From assembly GCA_036785375.1 (NCBI GenBank), contig JAWMAR010000079.1, forward strand, positions 372,001 to 436,000: a stretch of 64,000 bases of DNA, written 5' to 3'. A model generated the notes under the pieces. That model made no database searches, was not told where the DNA came from, and was given only the letters and a program-made list of their open reading frames with translations. The position numbers and the translations under genes are program-made. Positions 50,074 to 60,300 of the stretch are shown here, one piece after another (the stretch's first letter is position 1; each line of letters starts with the position of its first letter). Origin of the DNA: Leucoraja ocellata (lineage: Eukaryota).

Positions 50074-50381
50074 GAGTCATAGAGTCATAGAATGATACAG
50101 TGTGGAAACAGGCCCTTCAGAACCAACTTACCCACACCAGTCGATATGTCCCAGCTACACTAGTCCCACCCGCCTGCGTTTGGTCCATATAACCTATATA
50201 CCTCCAAACATGTCCTATCCATATACCGGTCTAACTGTTTCTTAAATGTTGGGATAGTCCCTGCCTCAACTACCTCCTCTGGCAGCTTTTTACATACACC
50301 CACCTCCCTTTGTGTGAAAAAGTTACTCCTCAGATTCCTATTAAATCTTTTCCCTTTCACTGTAAACCTATGTCCTCTGGA
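50074..50381 (-). mobile_element. CR1 LINE 3' end
   Basis: RGHRFTVKGKRFNRNLRSNFFTQR; gagtcatagagtcatag tail; same subfamily as 8080-9162. Confidence 0.9.
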
Positions 50382-51283
50382 CACCTGGGAGGTCAATGCC
50401 TGTGATGTCCACTGCTGTATCATAGATAGCAGCACAGGGATAACAGCTCCAGCAATGCTTCCTTCATTAACAAAGCTGCCTGTGTTGAGGCTATGGGAAG
50501 GTGATTTGTTTATATAACCATTTACCTTATATAGCCACACTGTTTTGGACCCTTTCCCACATTGCCATAATTAGCAGCTTCGTGAAAATAGCTAAGAAAT
50601 TCCACCTTCAAAAATCTTTTGATACCAGTGCATTTTTAAAAAAGTGACTCAAGGAGAAGGTTTAAATGCAAATGATTACTTTCTTCAGCTGCATTTAGAG
50701 AATCATCTGCCTGTAGTCTGCAGACTGTTTTGTGATTGTTGGCTCATTGAACATTATCTTGCCTCAACGGCCATGTATATCACTGAAGCTACATAGGATT
50801 CAAGTGAGGAAACCTGGTGTTTAATGCAGTCTCCGTACATGTCTGCATATCAGTAGAATTCCTGGGCTAATAAGATGACAAACTGCAATATTGTATAATG
50901 CCGACAGACAATTCTGCCTTGCACGTGAGCTTTACAGATAACAGATAGTCAGCAATGAATAATGTTAAGATAAATGACATAGCAAATAGCAAACTTATCA
51001 CTGGTAATGACCTGAGTGCCCTCGCCTCTTAATGTTCCTTCTGTTTATGAGTATGAAGTACTTGCAATATGGCCCCGACCCAAAATGTCACACATTCTTT
51101 CTCTTCAGAGATGCTGCCTGACCCACTTAGTCCAGCACTTTGTGTTTATCTTCAGTATATACCAGCATGTCCAGTTACTTTCTACTAAACTGCATGTATC
51201 ACTTTTAAAGCATTTACAAATGATTACACTTTTCTAATAAAATAAGCAGAATGTAAAGACCACGTCAATTTTTAAACCCTTAA

Positions 51284-51849
51284 GGGCCTGTCCCACGAGC
51301 ATGCGACCTGCATGTGGCAAGCACGACCAAACCAGAAGCAGGGGCTGCACGGAGGTCGAGTGATCCCCGTACAAGGCTGGTCCCACCAGCATGCGACCTG
51401 CATGTGGCAAGCGCGACCAAACCAGAAGCAGGGGCTGCACGGAGGTCGAGTGATCCCCGTACAAGGCTGGTCCCACCAGCATGCGACCTGCATGCGGCAA
51501 GCGCAACCAAACCGGAAGCAGGGGCCGCGCGGAAGTCGAGTGAGTGACGTGAAGTTCGAGCGAAGTCCGCGGGAAGTTTGCACGTGACGTACGGCGTCGA
51601 GACGCTGCGCACGCCCGTCGAGGCAGTGCATACGGCGTCGAGGCGGCTGCGGGCTGGCAGGCCGTTGCCGCGCGGACTTTTTGAACACGGTCGGTTTTTC
51701 GGAGCCCCGTGCGATGTCGGGACCAGATCCGCACAACTCCACACGGCTCCGGCGATCGAAGTGGGACCGGCCCCACGAGGCCATACGGTTCAAGTGATCA
51801 CGTTAGGTCGCGCTTGCTGCATGGAGTCACATGCTCGTGGAACAGGCCC
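51284..51849. mobile_element. CpG-rich non-autonomous DNA transposon (MITE) with TIRs, flanked by TTAA
   Basis: TTAA|GGGCCTGTCCCACGAGCATG ... CATGCTCGTGGAACAGGCCC|TTAA; superfamily uncertain (PIF/Harbinger-like or Kolobok-like). Confidence 0.85.
51290..51542. repeat. 90-bp tandem repeat (~2.8 copies) inside the MITE
   Basis: atgcgacctgcatg recurs at 51301, 51391 and 51481. Confidence 0.95.
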
Positions 51850-52370
51850 TTAAAGCAATTATCTATGTGAACCATATTGATAAACTAAACTCAACTGAAC
51901 TGTAACATGAGCAGGTTTGGATGGATGAATGTGTTTTTACAGAACTTGAAACATTATTAACATTCGAGTACGAGAGCCTTATGTTTTTAAATTGAGATCT
52001 TGAGTAATGCAAATAACAAGAATGGTGGGTTGCTGATTGTCACACTAATATAATTGATAACAACCTTGAGCATTTGTTTTAAATACCGAGAGTATTTAGT
52101 GGGGAAAAAGACTAGAGTAATACAAATGGGAAATAGTTCATTCAATTTAATTTTGCTTAAATATTTATTACAGCAGCACAGAATTTAATGCAAGTAAGGA
52201 ACATAATAAAAGTTTTGCATTCTGTATTATTATAGTTGATTTCAGACATGAAACATGAAATGATTCATCAGGTAATTGTAATTATTCTGCTAAACATGAT
52301 ATTTTAAAGCAAACAAAAATTAATATGCTGGAAATCTGAAAAAGAAAATACTGAAAATATTCAGCAGATC

Positions 52371-52908
52371 CAAGATCAAGTTCAAGAGAGTTTATTGTCA
52401 TGTGTCCCTGATAGGACAATGAAATTCTTGCTTTGCTTCAGCACAACAGAACATAGTAGGCATTGACTACATAACACATGAATAAATAAACTGATAAAAT
52501 GCAAATAACAAATAATGGGTTATTAATGTTCAGAGTTTTGTCTGAACCAGGTTTAATATCCTGATGGCTGTGGGGAAGTAGATATTCCTGAACCTGGTCG
52601 TTGCAGTCTTCAGGCTCCTGTACCTTTTACCTGAAGGTAGCAGGGAGATGAGTGTGTGGCCAGGATGGTGCGGGTCTTTGATGATACTGCCAGCCTTTTT
52701 GAGGCAGCGACTGTGATAAATCCCCTCGATGGAAGGAAGGTCAGAGCCGATGATGGACTGGGCAGTGTTTATTACTTTTTGTAGTCTCTTCCTCTCCAGG
52801 GCGCTCAAGTTGCCGAACCAAGCCACAATGCACCCGGTCAGCATGCTCTCTACTGTGCACCTGTAGAAGTTAGAGAGAGTCCTCCTTGACAAACCGACTC
52901 TCCGTAAT
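52371..52908 (-). mobile_element. Young Rex1/Babar LINE 3' fragment inserted in an older Penelope-like arm
   Basis: LSNFYRCTVESMLTGCIVAWFG...LLPSGKRYRSLKTATTRFRNIYFPTAIRILN; flanks rejoin as aatattcagcagatc...cagcagcatttgtg. Confidence 0.88.
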
Positions 52909-54029
52909 CCAGCAGCATTTGTGAAGAGAAAAACAGTATTAACATTTCAGGTCAATGAGTTTTCAGCAGGACTAGTTTGTGGAGAGAAAAACTGACCTTG
53001 CATGAGGCCTAATCAACATGTAACATGGAACATTTTCTCTCTCTCTGCAGATGTACCTGAACCTGCTGAGTAGTTTCATTATTATTTTTTATTTAAGTTT
53101 TTAGAAAATGCAATGCTCTGCATTTCACAGTTCCAGCACCATCTTTCACATTTTCTCATCTCCCCTGTCCTCACTCATCACCCACCATTTATACCTCCTC
53201 CACACAGCCCTTTTTAACTCCTTTGTACATCACCAACAGCACTTGTATCACCTGGGCAATCTTGGCTCCAACCTGTCACAGACATTCCCTCTGTTTTCTC
53301 CAGACCTCCTTTCCCCAGCACTTTAAAACCCACTTGTTTGCTCAAGGTTTAAAAGTACATCAAACTGAAATGTTAACTTTATTTCTCTCTCCCGACCCGT
53401 TGATGCCAGGTGATGTATGGAAGACCATTAAGTGTGAAAAATTCTATGATTTTTTTCGTAGTTTACCCATATTGTATCAATAAATATGGGGTGGAAGATT
53501 GCAACCTTCAAGTGGTCCATCCTGTTTCGACTAATGCAATCAAACGGAAGATCAAATAGAACAAATTGTCCTACAACTTTAGGCTGTGCACGCCACACAA
53601 AAGAAGAACTCAGTGATATAATGAGTGAACACGTTAAAAATGGGCTATAAACACTAGTGTGGATCAGTTGGACTGAATGGGATGTGAAACTAACCTTTTT
53701 TAAAGGTTACATTTCTTGCTCAGTTATTTAATTTGATCTTAGATCATGAGAATTTTAGCCCAGCTGTTTTGGTGTTTTGTGTCGTGATTATTGTCAAGTT
53801 TTTAATAGCACTGCCCTGCTGGTAAATGGCACTTCTGGTAAATGGCGTGATTATAGGTGATATATTTTGTCAAGAAGCCAAATTATTAAAGGGCAATACA
53901 TCCTTCATCCACACGATGGCACCAACCTCAATCATCCCCCCTTACTAATTGAAAACACATAGGGTTTGCAACTTTATCTCTCTTCCAGCACAGACCAGGG
54001 TTTGTAAAATTCAACATTGACAGCATTTA

Positions 54030-54253
54030 GAAAACGCGCTTCATTGCGCCCTCCCACTATTTCGCCGAACAGCCACCAATTAGAAGTAGGATAGGATATT
54101 CCGTCATTTGTCCACAGCTCTACATTGACTTTTCTCTCCAAGTTAACAGTTGCTTGTTGTTTGGCAACTGCTGTACAGTAAGAGGAAGTAGAAGCAGTGA
54201 AATTCAGCAGAGGAAGGAGAACGGTGCTAGTTCTGCTCAGTCACCTCCTGAAA
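54030..54253 (+). promoter_or_regulatory. Putative CTSH proximal promoter/5' UTR
   Basis: Local CpG enrichment, CCAAT at 54076-54080 and ETS/PU.1-like AGAGGAAGT at 54181-54189, directly upstream of the ATG; TSS not determinable. Confidence 0.45.
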
Positions 54254-54326
54254 ATGTCGGGAATAGTTATCCCATTACTGCTGTTTTTTCATTCCGTCTG
54301 CAGCTTGCCCGAGTTTTCTTTCAAAG
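54254..54326 (+). CDS. CTSH: CTSH exon 1 coding part (signal peptide); alternative donor at 54347
   Basis: aaaATGTCG...TTCAAAG|gtaagg; [24 protein letters not shown], hydrophobic leader, phase 1 matches the next exon. Confidence 0.82.
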
Positions 54327-57300
54327 GTAAGGCATTTTCTTTCAAAGGTAAGGAATTTTCTTCTGAAGCTCAGAAACAGGAATCATATTTCTGATTGTTC
54401 CGGAGCCTCTGGCATGCATTTTCCAATAAACGCGACGGGAGTTTTGTGCAAAGAGGGCTTTGTGCAGGGAGTCGTGGTGAGAGCTTCTGATGGGGAAAAA
54501 ACGTGTTTAACACGGCAAATTATTACCTAGAAATCACAGCCCGGGGGTTTGGTGGATATCAGCAGGTTTTCAAAAAAAAAGGAAGTAGATATGCTTACAA
54601 GAAGGATATATATCTTTAGGGCCGCGGTTATAGAGCAAAGGAGCTGGGTAATTGGAAAACTTTCAAAAATCGCTGACACAAACTATCTTCCGTTCCACAT
54701 TATTTTATATTTTTTAACTCAAATTGCTGTGTGTGGTCAGGCCATTCGGCATTAACCCGTCTCATAGCTCGCGTTTAATTTTTAGGCAATTGCAGACTGT
54801 ACTGAGACAGGTTCGACCGATACCAACTTATTTCCAGATTGTTGGAAACCCCCTTGTATGTTCCCTTAATACTGGATGCTCTGGCTGCTCTCTCGTCGTT
54901 TCTTCTGCTATTGTTCCCGGTGGCTACACAAAATTAAATATTTGTTTTTTCCATTGCATCATTCAAATCCCTTTCAGAACAACCCAACGCGCTTTAACAC
55001 TAATTGAGGATTTTTTTTTTAATGTTGTCATTACTGTTGTTAGGGAAATAAAATCAGGGCCTGGGTTTCAAGTGTGGAGCATTTTTCACTCTGAATCAGT
55101 CGTTCTTCAGAAGCCAGGGCATCAAAACCCGGGCTGTAGCTGCCAGTATTGGCAGGTTAATACGTCAAACAGAAATGTCCTCCTGTCGATATTTTTCCAC
55201 AGATCCCTTTGCGAACCTGTGTGTGGCCTTTGTTGTGTGTAATATTGGTGGGGTTACCTTGTACTAGGTTGTGCTGCTGGTGAACTTAATATTAATGAAT
55301 AGATATGAATAGTGTATGAAGAAAGCCAAACAACAGACCAAGTAGTCGGTAATGGACCGGTAATGGAGAAAGTTTCAGAAACAATAGTTAGCAGACAGAT
55401 GGATAAGTCAGAGTCGTACAACATGGAAACGGGTCCTTCAGTCAATTGGGTCCATGCCCATCATTGAACAAACATTTATACTCCTCCTATTTTGTTCTCT
55501 TCCCCCCACCCATTGCAGGTTCTATCACTCATTTACACATCGGAGGCCATTTACAGTGGCCAATAAACCTATCAATTGACAAATCTTTAGGATGTGGCAG
55601 GAAACTGAACCACAGGGGAATCATGCACACAACACACACAACATCGAAGGCTAGGACTGGGCCCTGATTTACCGCAGCTGCTCTACTGCACCGCTGTACT
55701 GATTAGAAAAAAGGAAGCTGGCAGTATGAAAGATAAATCACATCCACTTAGCAGCAACGTGGTTGATGTATATATGGACTTCCAAAAGGTATCTGATCAA
55801 GTGCCATTTAGCATTTTGCTAAATTCAGGCAAATAGGGCTAACTCAGGGGCACAGCACAGCACAGCAATGGAGTTGCTGCCTCAAAGTGCCAGAGATCTG
55901 GGGTTCGATCTTGACTACAGGTGCTGTCTATGTGGAGTTTGCACATTCTCCCTATGGCCGCATGGGTTTCCTCTGGCTGCTCCAAACATGCAGGTTAATT
56001 GTAGGTTAATTGTAGGTTTGTAGGTCTGCCTTGTTGAAGGTACACAACGATCTGCTTCCCGCCATCGACTCTGGTGACTGTGCAGTCCTGCTCCTTCTCA
56101 ACCTCAGCGCAGCGTTTGATACAGTGGACCACACCATCCTAATTGACCATCTCCAGTATGGGGTTGGTGTTGATGGCATTGCCCTGAGCTGGTTTGTTTC
56201 CTACCTCAAAAATAATTCTCTACCAACATAGTCAATTCTTTCTCTTCCCCAGCTAGCCTTTTCTGCGGGGTGCCACAAGGCTCCATCCTTGGTCCCAATC
56301 TCTTCTCTCTGTACATGCTGCCCCTCGGCCAAGTCATTCAAAGGCACGGCATTTCTTTCCACTGTTATGCAGATGACACAGCTCTATCTCCCCCTGAAAC
56401 CCAACGACCGGTCAAATTTAATCAGCCTCATGCACTGACTTGAGGACATAAAATGTTGGATGGCCCAGAACTTCCTCCAACTAAAGGAGAGGTCATCCTA
56501 CTCGGCCTCTCCGACTCCATCAAAACTAGGCAGCCTTGGAAAAGCCTTGACTCCTTAGTCAAACCGCACGTCAAAAACCTTGCCATGATATTTGACTCCG
56601 CATTAAAGTTTGACAAACAAGTTAACTCTGTGGTAAAAGCTAGTTTCTTCCAGCTTCGTGCCATAGTTAAAATCAAACGATTCCTCCAATTCGATGACCT
56701 TGAAAAAATCATCCATGCATTCGTCTCCTCCTGCTTTGACTACTGCAACTCCCTATACTCTGGCATCAGCCAATCATCCCTGTCCCGCTTGCAATTGGTT
56801 CAAAACGCTGCAGCGAGACTTCTGACGGGCACTCGTAAAAGGGACCACATCACCCCGACCCTGGCCTCTCTCCACTGGCTCCCAGTACAGTACAGAATCA
56901 ACTTTAAGCTCCTCTTATTCGTATAAAAATCCCTTAATAGGCTTGATTCTACACTGTATCTCTAAGATAAAGGAAAGGATGGGCAACTTTGTTTGTATGG
57001 CCGTGCATAACTCTTTGGCTTTAATCTCAGTCCTGACAAGTGGGACAGCATTTGGATGAACGGATTCCAATTAGGGAAGAATTGATAGAAATAGGATTTT
57101 TTGATACAAACAGTATTGGTAACATGGAGACCTTGGGAATGGAGGGAGGGCAATAATTTAAATGCCATAACTGGAGTTAATTTTCTTTATTTTGTTTTAC
57201 AGAAATAAGTTATTTCAAAGAATGGATGATCATGGTAATTATTTCTGTGCTGCGTTGATCCTTTCTGCCATTCTGTCAGAACCAATCGTACTTGTATTTC

Positions 57301-60300
57301 TGCCGTGTTTTATACCTTGGTCCCTCTACCCGAGATGGATTCCAAGTCAGAGTTTTGACTGAGTCACCCATGTACCAATTACTTGAGAAGCAAGATCCCT
57401 CTTGTATTTTAAAGAAAGCCTATGTGGGAATATGACATTTAAAAAGAAGAACATTTCTCAGAATAGGAAAAACTTTTGTTAAGGCCTTGTAGAATTCTTG
57501 CTCTAGATTTGTCAGCTACTGGACAGAATTAAGGGGACTTTCCATCAGACAAAATTAGTTCCTTCATTGTGGGAAGACTGGAATTAGACAAAGCTACTAA
57601 ACGTTCAGTGGGTCATGTTGTCTTCACAGTTCATCTTTTACACAAATGTTTTTTTTTAAATTCAAGCCTGTCTTCCTGCTCTGTTGCTAAGGTGGATGTT
57701 AAATATCCCACGGCCTCTTTTGGAAGATCAGTATAAAACTGGATCTGAAATTGCAGAGGAACGTAGGTAGGAGTAAAGAACAAAAGTGAAGGTCCATTAT
57801 AGAAAGGCCCAAGGCAGAAAAACAAGTAATGATAATGGTGCTGTGGGGACAAACTGCATTGGTAATAAGAAAATAAATAAAAGACTGTTGTAGAGCAAAT
57901 GTAAATACAAACCAAACTCATACCTACCCAAAACTGTTGAACTTGCTGTTTGGTTCAGAAGGGTGTAAAAGACTAGTGAGTTAAAGAGAGCTTTATGGTA
58001 ACAGAATGGGAGGCTATGGAAAGGGAGGTCAGGGTGGAAATGGGAGGGAAATTAATGTTATCAGAAACTCAGGGTCACAATTGGGCAACAAAGGAGAGCA
58101 TTCCATAAATTTGTTAGCCTATCTGTTACTGACCATTAAATATATAATCGCAGGTCAGCAAAGCAATTCATGTTGAACTGCACAACACGTGAGCCTTGTT
58201 GGCTTGGCTAAGATTTATTATGGCTAGATTAGCTTTTATTGCCCATCATTCTCTAACCTTGTACAAAGTATCAGGCTGCGCCACATCAGAGAACTGTTAA
58301 GAATTAATCACATTGCTGGGATTTTAACAAGTCTCAGATTTAGCCGAGACCTCTGGATTATTAATCTAGTAATTAAAACTTTTTTTTAAAATGCTAACAA
58401 AATACAGATTTATTTCTAGGAGAATAGAATTGAAATGTTATAAAGTTGTATAAAACTTGGGAAGGGCACGTTCGGCTGGAAATAGACCCCCATGGAGACA
58501 TGGCACAGCAGTCTTGTATCTCCAGAGACACGGCTTCAGATCAGACCTCAGATGCTGTCTATGTCTGCCCAGTTCTCCAATTTCCTACCAATCTCCGAAG
58601 ATGTGCAGACACAAAATGTTGGAGTAACTCAGCGGGACAGGCAGCATCACTGGAGAGAAAGAATGTGTGACGTTTCGGGTCGAGACCCTTCTTCAGACAT
58701 GAGATTCCAAAGAGGTGCAGGTGGATTAACTGGCCTCTGTAAAGTAATTTCTTAGTGTAGGTGGCAAAAAGAATCAAAGAGGCCTAGTTAGATGTGGGAG
58801 TGAATGAGTGCAGAGTTGTGGGGAGATGAATAGCTGGTGAATGGGACTGATGGGATTGCTATGCTGAGTGTACCATGGACCCAATAAGCTTACTGGCCTC
58901 CTTTTGCTTCAGAGTAAGTTTAGTTCCACCACTGTAGTATGAAATAGAATGGAAGCTGTGGAGAAAGTGCACAAAGCAGACTGAGAAATGAATTGTTGTA
59001 ACGAAAACAGTGAGTAGATCGGGCTTTGTTTCCTTTAGAAATGGCTTAAAAGTGACATGGTAGAAATCTAAAATTATGAATGATAAGTCAAGGTTGTTAA
59101 AGAGAGAATGCTTCTATTTGTTGGCAAACCCAGAACTTAGCTTGATAAATGCAAGGTTGTTTCTAATAAATTCAATGGGAACTTCAGAATACATTTCTCT
59201 TGTAGTGTAATTAGAAGTTGGAACTCTCTGCCTCTGGGAATAATTAACTTGTATACTTTGGATGCTTTCTGAAGGAAATTAGAATGTTGAGAGAGTTTGA
59301 TGCGATAGATTAAGTCTAAGGCTCCTTTGGTTTATAAACACCAGCATAAATTAATTGGGCCAATTGGCTTATTGTGCCGTATATTCTATGTGTATCTATA
59401 TTGTAAATGAACGCAATCAACTCTCTATTGAAAGTAATTCCGTTTACAAAGGGATGCAAATCAATAACTGACAACACTGATTTGAGATAATTGGCAAGAG
59501 ATCAGAGGATGGATTAGAAGATGGTATTTAATTCAGCAATTTGTTGAAATCTGGATGGTATCGTGTGAAACAGTATTATAAATCATTCAACCGCACACAA
59601 AGGAAATTGAACAGATACTTGAAAAGGAATTGCTGGTCCATGTAAAAATAGAATACAGTGGATAGTTGGTGGTGGTTGGGGAGAGAGGACTTTGAAAAGC
59701 TAAAGTCCTTGGTGTGCTGTTTGCCCAAAAGATCTTTTGTGGTGCATGATCTGCATTGGTCTACAAATGTTGTGACCCATCTCATGTCTTTTACCATTTT
59801 GTTTGTTTCAGACATTGACGGGTAAATGAATAGGAAAGGTTAGATGGATATGGGCCAAATGCGGGCAAATGGGAATAGCTCAGATAGACATCTTGATTGG
59901 TATGGATGATGTTGGGCTGAAGGGCCTGTTTCCATGCTATATAATTAAATGGCTCTGAAGACTTCATAATAGTGACTTAACATGGAGTTTAGTAACGCAT
60001 TTTATTTGATTATGCTTTCTGGGATGTTTTACTGCATTATAAGATGATACGTAAATCAAAATTCTTGTTGATTCAAGATAATATTTTGCTTGATTCCATT
60101 TTTTGCGAGCAGAACAACAAAGACTACAGCTCAGAGGAGTACACCCACAGGCTGCAAACCTTCATCCAGAACAAGAGAAGGATTGATGACCACAACGAAA
60201 GCAGTCGTACCTTTCGCAGTGAGTTCACTCGAATATACAGTGGCTTGCAAAAGTATTCATACCCCTTGAACTTTTCCACATTTTGTCACGTTACAACCAC

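Larger units (their letters stand above)
58497..58910 (+). mobile_element. Degenerate V-SINE interrupted by Penelope-like copy E
   Basis: ccagagacacggcttcagatcagacctcagatgctgtctatg head; ggattaactggcctctgtaaa body resumes after the insert. Confidence 0.55.

Noticed and set aside
51290-51542. Analogy to the tandem repeats controlling rodent Rasgrf1 imprinting
   Set aside because: That control region is upstream of the gene and rodent-specific; this repeat is downstream and inside a transposon.
51234-51853. Seven overlapping ORFs (77-180 aa) on both strands
   Set aside because: By-product of high GC content and a 90-bp (multiple of 3) tandem repeat inside a MITE; no domain signature.
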